64,000 bases of DNA from Sulfolobales archaeon (GTDB lineage Archaea > Thermoproteota > Thermoprotei_A > Sulfolobales > NBVN01): contig JAOAKQ010000002.1 of assembly GCA_026419835.1 (NCBI GenBank), positions 142,015 to 206,014 on the forward strand. The letters run 5' to 3'. This document shows, piece after piece, positions 37,737-46,426 of the stretch; the first letter of the stretch is position 1; each line of letters starts with the position of its first letter. The notes under the pieces were generated by a model that had not been told where the DNA came from, made no database searches, and saw nothing but the letters and a program-made list of their open reading frames with translations. The translations under genes and the position numbers were made by a program.

Positions 37737-38807
37737 TTAACTCCGTTTCTCCAGTTCTCTGAAGTCGCTCACTACGGATTCTAGTACGGCTATAGCTATT
37801 CTTCTATCTCTTCTAACTGCCGCAGCTACGGCATCCAGCAGTTGCCGAGCTCTGCGCGTCTTCATAAAGAGGTGGCACTCATCGGCAATGTACTTCAGCA
37901 GCTCCCTATTTCCGCAGAGGTGCCTAGCTACTTCGTAGTACCCCACCTCTCTTCGAAGCTCCTCAACTTTCTTCGAGACCTTCCTCGGGGTTGTCGAGTA
38001 GGCTAGAACTAGCACTAGGAGTGCTAGTGCGAGGGCCCTACCCAGGGGGTTCAGGAGTGCGATGAGGGGGGTACCTGAGTCACTGAGTGGGGGAGGCTTC
38101 AGCTCGTACTTAGAGCCCTCGATAAGTACCGCTCCTCCGGGGCAGAGATTCTTGACTACGTAGTAGGTGAAGAGATAGTTCGGGTTGAGTGCGTTCCTCG
38201 GGTTAATGAGGGAATTCGTGAAGATAGTCCCGTCACTCACAACTACGACACTAAAGCTACCCGCTCTGTAGAGAGCTGCCAGAGCGCTGCCGTTAGCTGA
38301 GGACAGAACGCTTACATTGGGGTCGGGGACATCGCCGAGGTCTAGGGTGGATGAGTGTGCGAAAACTACGCTCAGCTCCCTCCCATCGATTCTAGCGGTA
38401 GCGGTAAAGATTGGTGGAAGTAGCGCGCTGGGGGATACCCTAACGGGTATCCCCAGGTAGCTCAGAACTCCATTCGAGTAGGGGCCTTCGTCAGCTATGA
38501 GTACGTTAGTTCCTCGTAGTGTGAGCTCGCGGATTATGGCCAGCTCCGGGTCTGAGTACGGGGTTTCCGGAGATACGATCACGATTAAGCACGGACTGGG
38601 ACTCCTCGGTACGCTGAGCCACGACGTTACTACAGATACTTCGAATCCTAGCTCTACAAGTGCTTGAGCTAGGTCCGAGGTGCCGTCGGGACCTGAGTTA
38701 AGTGGGGACGCTCCCGACGGTACTCTGAGCCCCACCTCCCTCTCGATAACGAATGATGCCGCGGCTAGAACCGCGATTACTGATACTATGAGCGCTCTAC
38801 TCCTCAC
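37737..38807 (-). CDS. DUF4350-like membrane-anchored protein
   Basis: N-terminal TM, then NSGPDGTSDLAQALVELGFEV (a DUF4350-type motif) and a C-terminal TM. Lies in the MoxR/DUF58 neighbourhood. Confidence 0.55.
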   Translation of the reverse strand: MRSRALIVSVIAVLAAASFVIEREVGLRVPSGASPLNSGPDGTSDLAQALVELGFEVSVVTSWLSVPRSPSPCLIVIVSPETPYSDPELAIIRELTLRGTNVLIADEGPYSNGVLSYLGIPVRVSPSALLPPIFTATARIDGRELSVVFAHSSTLDLGDVPDPNVSVLSSANGSALAALYRAGSFSVVVVSDGTIFTNSLINPRNALNPNYLFTYYVVKNLCPGGAVLIEGSKYELKPPPLSDSGTPLIALLNPLGRALALALLVLVLAYSTTPRKVSKKVEELRREVGYYEVARHLCGNRELLKYIADECHLFMKTRRARQLLDAVAAAVRRDRRIAIAVLESVVSDFRELEKRS

Positions 38808-38953
38808 AACTGGACCCCCTCTCGGATAGGTAGGAGAGTAGCGCTATACCGCACACTAGAGCTATCGCTGACGCTACGTAGCGCTCCACTATAGCCAGCA
38901 GTACTGCCGTTAGTAGAGACGTGACCGCGATTGCTTCAAGGTACCTGAAGCTC

Positions 38954-39496
38954 CTAGAGAGCGCTTCGAGCCACCTCCTCGAGGAGCTTTAGCAGGGATT
39001 CGACGTACTTAAAGTCCGAGTCCGCTATAGCTAGACCTATCGCTGACACCGTGGCGGTAGCGATAGCTAACCTAGTGGAGAACCTCTTCTTTGCGAGTGC
39101 CGACCTCAGAGTCCTCGCCGTTACGTACAGCACTACCGCAGCTAGTACTGCGAGGAGTGCGTAGTTTCTTCCTAGTAGAGCTTCGAGCTGCTTGAGGAGA
39201 GCCCACGCTATGAAGTAGGTCGATGCGCCCTCGAGGAGCCTCAACACCCCGGGGTTTCTAGGAAGAAACTTCAGGAAGATCGCGGGCTCCACTCTCCGCG
39301 AGTACCCCGCTAGGTGTAGTAGTACCTCGTAGCAGCTTACCACCGCGAGAACGCCTATAGCTACCCTAAGAATCGTCTGGGGCACTTCAGCGGGTACTAG
39401 AACTAGCACTAGTAGCACTACCGCTGGAATCGAGAGCGGCAGCGCCTTAGCGATCTTCAGCAGCCTAGCTACTCTAGAGAGCTCCCCACCCCCCAT
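38954..39496 (-). CDS. integral membrane protein (about 4 TM)
   Basis: 180-aa hydrophobic ORF. Overlaps the upstream DUF4129-like gene by 28 nt, so they are probably co-transcribed. Confidence 0.5.
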   Translation of the reverse strand: MGGGELSRVARLLKIAKALPLSIPAVVLLVLVLVPAEVPQTILRVAIGVLAVVSCYEVLLHLAGYSRRVEPAIFLKFLPRNPGVLRLLEGASTYFIAWALLKQLEALLGRNYALLAVLAAVVLYVTARTLRSALAKKRFSTRLAIATATVSAIGLAIADSDFKYVESLLKLLEEVARSAL

Positions 39497-41040
39497 AGAA
39501 TCTTCCTCAGAAACTCGAGGTCCTCCCCCACGGAGCTCGGCACTCCGCTCCGCGAGAACCTAGCTAGTTCGTACAGCTTACTCAATCTTCTTAAAGCCGC
39601 TGAGGTAACTCCATCAATACGCGACTCCAGCCTCTCAACTACTTCGCGGTGCGTCTCGGACGGCAGGATCTCTATTTTAACAACTGCCGCCAGGTGCGCC
39701 ACAGCCTTCCAGAAGAACTCTACCACCGGGTGCTGACCCGCGGTAGAAAGCGCTCCAGCGTCTCTACTCAACACAATACCGAAGCGCGGGAACCTCCTCG
39801 AGCTTCCGCGGAGTACGTAGGGGTACAGGAACCCGATTGAAGCGGCAGCCAGTAGCAGCGCGGCAACCGCGCCCAGCCCTAGAGAATCGCCGGAACCCCC
39901 CGAGGAGGGGGTGGTGCCCTCCCTAGCTAGAGGCCTACCCCTACTCTTGCTTAAGCTGAGGGTAGCTCTATCTATTGCTTCTATAGCCGATTTCAGTACG
40001 CGCTGAGGTACCTTATCCACTAGCCTATCTATATCGTGCTGAGCTACTCTCTCACCTACATCCTCTACGCTAGAGCTACCTCCAGAGCTACCTCCACCCG
40101 GGGTTCTCTGAGGAGAGCTCTCTCCACCTAGTGAGTACCTAAGCACGTCCTCTTCATCTAGACCCGCTAGGAGTCTGCGGACTTCGGTGAGCGTAGATAC
40201 GTTGATGCTATCTATTCTACGTAGTACTAGATCTAGGTTTTCAATACTACCCACAACTTCGAGTAGCTCCAGGATCTCCGAGATGCTGTGCTTAGCTAGG
40301 ATTTCGTCCAAGTTGATGTCGTACCTACTGAGTGCGAGCACTAGCTTCTCGACAGCTTCCTCCGAGATCTCTACGTACCTAGAGCTAGTCCTGAGCTTCG
40401 TGGGCGGGTTCTCCAGGACGAGTACGAGAACTGTGCCGAAGAATATCGAGTTAGAGTTCAGCACTTCTTCAGCTACGCTCCTCGCTCTCTCCACGTTCCC
40501 GCTCTCTAGGCTGAGTCCGAAGTAGACTACCTCAGCAACTAGGTCTCTAAAGCACTTACTGGCTGTCAAGAACCTACTAACGTAAGCCAGGAGCTTTAGA
40601 AGAGAGCTGATTGAAGGCCTGCTCAGTACCTCCTCCACTAGGCCGTAGGGTACTCCACTGAGAACTAGACTCAATACGGACGCCGATAGGACTTCCCTAA
40701 GTGAGGCCGGCCGCAGCTCCCCCGCTCCGCCTAGGAGGAGCTGTAGGGCCTTAAAGTGGCTGCCCCCCATCGCGAGCACTCCTAGTCTAGAACCACTGAG
40801 GACCCCACCGATGCGAGCTTCGAGTAGTGAGCGCAGTTCTCCATCTGCGTACTCAGCGGACTTCGAGAACTCGAAGCTTACGTTAAAGCACCTCCCCACC
40901 CACGAACTCAGAATTTCGAGTGCGATAGCCTCCTTCAGGTACTCCTCCGGGGAACTACTTAAGTGCCTACTCAGCACTACCTGAGGAGCGGCTAGTAGTA
41001 GAAGAACCAGCAGTAGAACGGCTCTCGCTACCCACACCAC
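39469..41040 (-). CDS. DUF4129-like protein with N-terminal signal/anchor
   Basis: The C-terminal TM is followed by ...SETHREVVERLESR...LSKLYELARFSRSGV, which resembles the DUF4129 signature. Central Gly/Ser-rich linker. Confidence 0.55.
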   Translation of the reverse strand: MVWVARAVLLLVLLLLAAPQVVLSRHLSSSPEEYLKEAIALEILSSWVGRCFNVSFEFSKSAEYADGELRSLLEARIGGVLSGSRLGVLAMGGSHFKALQLLLGGAGELRPASLREVLSASVLSLVLSGVPYGLVEEVLSRPSISSLLKLLAYVSRFLTASKCFRDLVAEVVYFGLSLESGNVERARSVAEEVLNSNSIFFGTVLVLVLENPPTKLRTSSRYVEISEEAVEKLVLALSRYDINLDEILAKHSISEILELLEVVGSIENLDLVLRRIDSINVSTLTEVRRLLAGLDEEDVLRYSLGGESSPQRTPGGGSSGGSSSVEDVGERVAQHDIDRLVDKVPQRVLKSAIEAIDRATLSLSKSRGRPLAREGTTPSSGGSGDSLGLGAVAALLLAAASIGFLYPYVLRGSSRRFPRFGIVLSRDAGALSTAGQHPVVEFFWKAVAHLAAVVKIEILPSETHREVVERLESRIDGVTSAALRRLSKLYELARFSRSGVPSSVGEDLEFLRKILWGVGSSLE

Positions 41041-41243
41041 CCCACTTCAGAGTTCTAGAGCTTATTTATTGCTTTCAGTCTTCTACCATAGCTCAGCCCC
41101 TTCCTCAAAACTACCTAATACTGGTGATGAACTAACTGCCAGTCACGGGAGTGGTACGAAGATCGGGGGAGCGCGCAGGTCGTTCAAGGAGTAAGGACCT
41201 GAATAGGAAAAAAGAGCTGGAGCAACAAGAAAAATGAATAGAG

Positions 41244-42191
41244 ATGACTAGGGTTAGGAGTATCGTTGAGAGGGTTGTTGAGGCTTGCGGTAGCTTTCTA
41301 GTGGAGAGAGAAGAGCACGTTAAGATGCTGGTCCTGGCCGTTATCATTGGGGGCCACGTTATCGTCGAGGGTATTCCGGGAGTAGCTAAGACCTTGACCG
41401 CTAAGTCGGTTGCGAAAGCTATGGGCTTGAAGTTTAGTAGAATACAGATGACTCCGGACCTCCTACCCGCTGATATAGTTGGGAGTAGAGTGTTCGACCA
41501 GAAATCCGGGGACTTCAAGGTAGTGCTCGGACCTATACACGCAAACGTGGTCCTAGTTGACGAGATAAACAGGGCCTCGCCGAGAACTCAGTCAGCACTT
41601 CTAGAAGCTATGCAGGAGAGGCAGGTTACTATAGAGGGTGAAGTATTTACACTACCAGACCCCTTCGCAGTACTAGCAACAATGAACCCCATAGAAGTCG
41701 AGGGGGTCTTCCCCCTACCGGAAGCTCAGCTAGATAGATTTCTAATGAAGCTCCCTATGGTAGCTCTAAGTAGGAACGGTATGAGGAAGTTCTTGAAGTC
41801 GGATCTCGAAGTAATTGAGGAGGAGTTCAGAAAGCTCAAGCCCGTGGTGGCGAGGAATGAGGTTGTTGAAGCTAGGGGGGAACTCAGAGAGGTCTGGGTT
41901 GACGAATCCTTAATCGACTACGTAATAAGGATTTCGGAGGCTATCAACTCCCATAGAGCCGTTAGGTTCGGGCTCAGCCCTAGAGGAGCGGCTATGCTAC
42001 TCCTACTATCTAAAGCACTAGCCCTATCGGATGGTAGGAAGTACGTTATTCCCGATGACGTTAAGTTAGCGTCGCTGTACGCAATACCCCACAGACTAGC
42101 GATAAGGCCGGAGCTAGCTCCGGACGGTCTCGCGAAGAAGGAGTCGCTAGTGAGAGAAGTGCTGAGTAAGGTTGAGGTGCCGAGACCATAG
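41244..42191 (+). CDS. MoxR-family AAA+ ATPase
   Basis: GHVIVEGIPGVAKT (Walker A), VVLVDEINRA (Walker B), ATMNPIE...LPEAQLDRF. Confidence 0.9.
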   Translation: MTRVRSIVERVVEACGSFLVEREEHVKMLVLAVIIGGHVIVEGIPGVAKTLTAKSVAKAMGLKFSRIQMTPDLLPADIVGSRVFDQKSGDFKVVLGPIHANVVLVDEINRASPRTQSALLEAMQERQVTIEGEVFTLPDPFAVLATMNPIEVEGVFPLPEAQLDRFLMKLPMVALSRNGMRKFLKSDLEVIEEEFRKLKPVVARNEVVEARGELREVWVDESLIDYVIRISEAINSHRAVRFGLSPRGAAMLLLLSKALALSDGRKYVIPDDVKLASLYAIPHRLAIRPELAPDGLAKKESLVREVLSKVEVPRP

Positions 42192-42232
42192 AGTTCAGGC
42201 GGTCCTCCCCAGTTCTGGTAGTTGAGAGGTCT

Positions 42233-43492
42233 CTGAGTCTCTACCTACTCCTAGCACTAGCTGGAGCTTCCGCTCTCTTTGCGCATACCGAAATTTCTTT
42301 CGTGAGGTACCTACTGGCAGCTCTATCCGCGTACGCATCTCTATCCATAGCACTAGAGAGAGTCGTGCCAAGAGCGCTCGCTGAGTGCTTCCTAGGTATC
42401 GAGCGGGATCTGCTGGTAGCCGGTGAGCCATTTAAGGTTTCACTAACTCTAACCTCCTGGCTATCTCCAGTCGTCGACGTCCTGGGAGTAGAGCTAGCGG
42501 GGAGCGAGGGCGTATCCGTAGTCAACTTAAAGACTTCTAGAAGAGGCGCATCTCTGCGCGTAGATGTAGTTGCCTCAGCTCGCGTAGGTCTTCACGAAAT
42601 CAGTGAGGTGCGCGTAGTAGCCAGGTTGAAGACCTACACAACATCCCTTAGGTTCGTGGTGAAGGTCGGCGCATCTCTGAGAGTCGTTCCTAGAGTAGAT
42701 ACCGCCGTAGTTCCCCCGAGGGCCGGCGTTCCATACGATGTCGGTCTAAGTCTCACGGGTATTGCCGGATCCGGTACCCAGTTCTACGGTAACAGAGAGT
42801 ATAGACCTGGAGACGAGCTGAGGCGAATAGACTGGAAGGCCTCCTCCAGAACCGGGAGGCTTGTGGTTAAGATGTTCGAGAAGGAGGTCTACAGGAGGGT
42901 CGTTCTCGTCGTACCGATTTCCGAGAGGTACTTCAGAAAGAACTCGGAGGCTCTCGACGCTCTAGTGGGGGAGCTCTTGAAGATAGTTGCTGAGCTGGTT
43001 AGGCGGGGAACGGAGGTAGTGGTATCGGTAGTTTCCAGTCAGCACCCTCCCCTACCAGCGTACGTGAAGATTCGGAGCGTCGATGACGTAGCTCACCTAG
43101 CTGAGTACTTTTCTTACGTTAGCTGGAGCGGGAGGTTTCGAAACAACTACCTAGTCTACAGGTCGGCCCTCTGGACCTCGGTTAAGCTTCTATCCGAAGT
43201 AGTTCCCGGTAGGAGCGTGGTCGTATACCTGGGTGAGCCGGAGTCCGACGTAGACGTAGCTGCCGGGAAGCTCGTGGCCATCGCCATGAAGAGTCTGGGA
43301 CACGAACCCGTTTTTGCCATAGTTTCACCGGAGATCGTTAGGATAGCTCTAGGTGAGCCATCTACCGAGGACCTAGCTGAGTTAGCTAGGTTTTCCAGGA
43401 TAGCGGTTTCGGACCTCGGAGCGCTTGCCATAGTTACCTACTTCCGCGGCGAGAACCTCCTGGAGTTCCTGGCGCGCTTACTAGCTGCGTAG
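42233..43492 (+). CDS. DUF58 (vWA-like) protein, partner of MoxR (start unresolved; CTG inferred)
   Basis: Hallmark REYRPGDELRRIDWKASSRTGRLVVKMFEKE. The frame is open from 42176 and encodes a first TM helix (SLSLYLLLALAGASALFA) upstream of the ORF-track GTG at 42302, with no ATG/GTG/TTG. In-frame CTG at 42215 and 42233. Confidence 0.75.
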   Translation: MSLYLLLALAGASALFAHTEISFVRYLLAALSAYASLSIALERVVPRALAECFLGIERDLLVAGEPFKVSLTLTSWLSPVVDVLGVELAGSEGVSVVNLKTSRRGASLRVDVVASARVGLHEISEVRVVARLKTYTTSLRFVVKVGASLRVVPRVDTAVVPPRAGVPYDVGLSLTGIAGSGTQFYGNREYRPGDELRRIDWKASSRTGRLVVKMFEKEVYRRVVLVVPISERYFRKNSEALDALVGELLKIVAELVRRGTEVVVSVVSSQHPPLPAYVKIRSVDDVAHLAEYFSYVSWSGRFRNNYLVYRSALWTSVKLLSEVVPGRSVVVYLGEPESDVDVAAGKLVAIAMKSLGHEPVFAIVSPEIVRIALGEPSTEDLAELARFSRIAVSDLGALAIVTYFRGENLLEFLARLLAA

Positions 43493-43514
43493 GTGCTTAT
43501 TTACGGATACTCTA

Positions 43515-44306
43515 GTGCTATACGTGAGTACGGTGGATGCGCTCTTCATAGCTCCTATAGTAGGTCTCGCCGCCGGCGTAGTTGGGTCTATGCTCGGTCT
43601 CGGCGGGGGGTTCATCATAGTGCCTCTACTAAACATAGCCGGAGTCGACATGAAGATAGCTGTCGGAACTTCAGCCGCGGCCGTGTTCTTCAACGCGGTA
43701 TCGGCTACCGTAGCTTACGCGAGGTATGGGTACGTATTGTTTAGAGTCGGGGTCCTCATATCGGCATCCGCCGTGGCTTCCGCTTACTTCGGTGCTTACT
43801 TAACCAGGTACTTAGACGTCGACACGCTGAGACTAGCGTTCGGGTCGCTGCTGCTGTTCGTAGCTCTTAGAACGGCTACCACCGAGAGCGGGAGGAGGAC
43901 CCCGGCAGCGACCGCGCAGCTGAGGTGGGGTAACCGAGCGCTTCTTCTACTACCTGGGGGCGGTGTCTTGGCGGGTCTGGTCTCGGGACTCTTCGGTGTT
44001 GGAGGTGGTGTTGTAAACGTTCCTCTACTAACGCACCTAGGAGTCTCAATGCACCAAGCCGTCGCCACCTCCTCAATGACTATAACCCTAACTTCTATAA
44101 CATCAGCAACAACGCACTACGTTCTCGGGAACGTCGACGTACCGCTACTAGCGGCACTAGCTCCCACGGTACTTGTTGGTGCTCAAGTGGGTGCTAGAAT
44201 TGCTAGAAGAACTAGCTCGAGAACTCTGAAGAGGGGTTTTTCGGCGGCACTAGTATTCATAGCCCTGAGAATGGTCTTGAAGAGCCTGGGGTTTCGAATT
44301 CCTTGA
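43515..44306 (+). CDS. TauE/SafE (DUF81) family anion exporter
   Basis: 263 aa, about 8 TM segments. Repeated GxGGG motifs (MLGLGGGFIIVPLL / LFGVGGGVVNVPLL). Confidence 0.8.
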   Translation: MLYVSTVDALFIAPIVGLAAGVVGSMLGLGGGFIIVPLLNIAGVDMKIAVGTSAAAVFFNAVSATVAYARYGYVLFRVGVLISASAVASAYFGAYLTRYLDVDTLRLAFGSLLLFVALRTATTESGRRTPAATAQLRWGNRALLLLPGGGVLAGLVSGLFGVGGGVVNVPLLTHLGVSMHQAVATSSMTITLTSITSATTHYVLGNVDVPLLAALAPTVLVGAQVGARIARRTSSRTLKRGFSAALVFIALRMVLKSLGFRIP

Positions 44307-44359
44307 GCGCTAGCCCATTGGTTGCTATATACTTCTAGTGCACTGCAGTCTAGGTCTAG

Positions 44360-45661
44360 GTGTTGGAAGCCGTAGTTCTAGCCGCTGGGTTCGGTAGGGG
44401 TCTCGAACCTATAACTCACACCAGACCCAAGCCACTCATACCGGTACTCGATAGAACTCTGCTGGAATACCACCTAGATAACCTCAGTGAGGTCGGTTCC
44501 GTGAGGAGGGTAGTTATCGTAGCTAACTACATGATAGAGAAAATTAGGGAGAAGCTCGAGTCTGTGGAGAGTAGGTACTCCTTCGATATCGAGGTGGTAG
44601 ACCAGGGAAGACCTCTAGGCAGTGGACACGCACTTCTAAGAGGATTGGAGCGAGTTAGCGGGAGCGAGGTGCTAGTGCTCTACGTAGACTCCGCTTACTC
44701 AGTTGGTGACCTAAGGGAGATCGCCGGAAGCCCCCATCCGTACACCGTTGCCGCTTGTAGAGTTGGAGATCCGCGCGACTACGGTGTCCTAGTTGCTAAA
44801 TCAACTGGAGAACTGGAGGATATTATCGAAAAACCCTCGCAGCCCGCGTCCAACCTCGTTAACGCTGGGATATACAAGCTAGCAACCGGGGTAGCTACCT
44901 ACCTAGAGAAGATCGAGCTGAGTCCTAGGGGCGAGTACGAGCTAACCGACGCTCTAAGACTTCTAGTGCGTAGTGGATTTACGGTTAGAATTCGAGAGCT
45001 GACCTACTGGAGGGACTTAGGTAGGTCCTGGAGGTACCTCGACTTCTGCAAGGAGCTCCTCTACGAGAAAGTGAGGTCCTCAACCATTCTTGGCACTATC
45101 GAGGAGGGCGTTAAGATTAGGGGACCCATCTACGTTGGTGAGGGCTCCGAAATCCTCTCCGGGACCTACATTGAGGGGCCTGCGTACATCGGTAGGGGGG
45201 TTAGGGTAGGTCCGAACGCCTACGTTAGGCCTGGGAGCATTATTTTAGACAACGCTAGGATAGGCTTCTCCGTAGAAGTTAAGGAGAGTGTGGTAATGGA
45301 GGGTGCTCACGCATCGCACCTATCCTACATAGGAGATTCGGTGGTCTGCGAGCATAGCAACCTCGGTGCTGGAACTATCACAGCCAATCTGAGGCTAGAC
45401 AATGGAGAGATCAAGGTGAGGGTCAAGAACGTGAGGGTGTACACCGGTAGGAGAAAGCTCGGGGCCTTAATAGGTGGGTACGTTAGGACCGGTGTCAACG
45501 TGTCTATAAACCCGGGACTTAAGGTAGGAGCTTACTCCAGGGTCCTCCCGGGATTAACGCTCTACGAAGACGTCCCGCCGTGCAGTGTAGTTAAGTCGGA
45601 TGGAACCGTATACAGCTTACCTCGCAGTGAGTGCCCTATAGATAGAGATCTCTGGCTCTGA
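44360..45661 (+). CDS. sugar-1-phosphate nucleotidylyltransferase with C-terminal left-handed beta-helix (GlmU/ST0452-like)
   Basis: N-terminal LAAGFGRGLEPITHTRPKPLIPV. C-terminal hexapeptide repeats (IGRGVRVGPNAYVRPGSIILDNARIG...). Confidence 0.8.
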   Translation: MLEAVVLAAGFGRGLEPITHTRPKPLIPVLDRTLLEYHLDNLSEVGSVRRVVIVANYMIEKIREKLESVESRYSFDIEVVDQGRPLGSGHALLRGLERVSGSEVLVLYVDSAYSVGDLREIAGSPHPYTVAACRVGDPRDYGVLVAKSTGELEDIIEKPSQPASNLVNAGIYKLATGVATYLEKIELSPRGEYELTDALRLLVRSGFTVRIRELTYWRDLGRSWRYLDFCKELLYEKVRSSTILGTIEEGVKIRGPIYVGEGSEILSGTYIEGPAYIGRGVRVGPNAYVRPGSIILDNARIGFSVEVKESVVMEGAHASHLSYIGDSVVCEHSNLGAGTITANLRLDNGEIKVRVKNVRVYTGRRKLGALIGGYVRTGVNVSINPGLKVGAYSRVLPGLTLYEDVPPCSVVKSDGTVYSLPRSECPIDRDLWL

Positions 45662-45670
45662 CCTCTCGGC

Positions 45671-46084
45671 TTACTCACCGACTACTACGACAGCTACTAA
45701 CCCAGCGGAACTTAGTAGGGCCGCTGAACCGATTATGAAGTCCGTTAGAAAGCGGACTACGAATACCCCAGACCTAATCATCATGACTAGGTACTCCAGT
45801 GCCGACCAGTAGCCCATAGCCTGCCACTGAAGACCGACTACTACGAAGTAGATCAGTGTTGAGAGGAGGGTTCCTAGGAGTGAAGCTACCGCGCCTATCA
45901 CAGCTATGTCCGCGAACCCCCCTCCGAATCTAATAACGAGGAAGGTCAGGGTGAAACCTACCAGAAGTCCGGCAACCGCTGGTGCGTATATTCTCTCGGG
46001 AATCACGTGACTGAATAACATAGTCGAGAATCCGAGGAGAGCTGCGCAGATTAGAGTTGCTAGCGCGCTATCTCTTAGCTTCAT
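45671..46084 (-). CDS. small integral membrane protein
   Basis: 137 aa with 4 hydrophobic helices. Overlaps the upstream ORF by 17 nt. Confidence 0.45.
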   Translation of the reverse strand: MKLRDSALATLICAALLGFSTMLFSHVIPERIYAPAVAGLLVGFTLTFLVIRFGGGFADIAVIGAVASLLGTLLSTLIYFVVVGLQWQAMGYWSALEYLVMMIRSGVFVVRFLTDFIIGSAALLSSAGLVAVVVVGE

Positions 46085-46337
46085 AAGCCCTCGCCCTAAT
46101 TCTGTATAGGTAGCTTACGACCATGTAGAGAACCGAGCCGAAGATCGCCATGAACACCGCTATCTGCAGAGCTATTCTCAGCAGAGGGTCTATTTCGAGA
46201 GAAGCTATGAACCAGTATATCGGGAAGGATAGGTAAGCTAGTAGAATAGCTAGTATTAGAGGTCTGTAGTACTCAAAGACGTACATTAGCAGGACGGCCA
46301 GAGCCACTATCCCAGCTAGGATTAGGAGGTCCTCCAA
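46068..46337 (-). CDS. small integral membrane protein
   Basis: 89 aa with 3 hydrophobic helices. Confidence 0.4.
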   Translation of the reverse strand: MEDLLILAGIVALAVLLMYVFEYYRPLILAILLAYLSFPIYWFIASLEIDPLLRIALQIAVFMAIFGSVLYMVVSYLYRIRARAYEAKR

Positions 46338-46426
46338 CTAGCGCACCACGAAATACTACGGGTAGGTAGGTTATAAGTGGAGTAAAAACCCGTTCTTAAA
46401 GTACCGTATCTGCGGCTAGTACTTCA

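Noticed and set aside
38808-38953. Small hydrophobic ORF (FRYLEAIAVTSLLTAVLLAIVERYVASAIALVCGIALLSYLSERG...) between the 4-TM gene and the DUF4350-like gene.
   Set aside because: The frame is open and TM-like, but I found no ATG/GTG/TTG start near its beginning. It is mentioned in the cluster finding only and not called as a feature.
41120-41210. GTGATGA (41124-41130) in the MoxR divergent promoter as the C box of a C/D sRNA.
   Set aside because: No D' box or D box lies at archaeal spacing. The nearest CTGA is about 70 nt away and there is no terminal stem.
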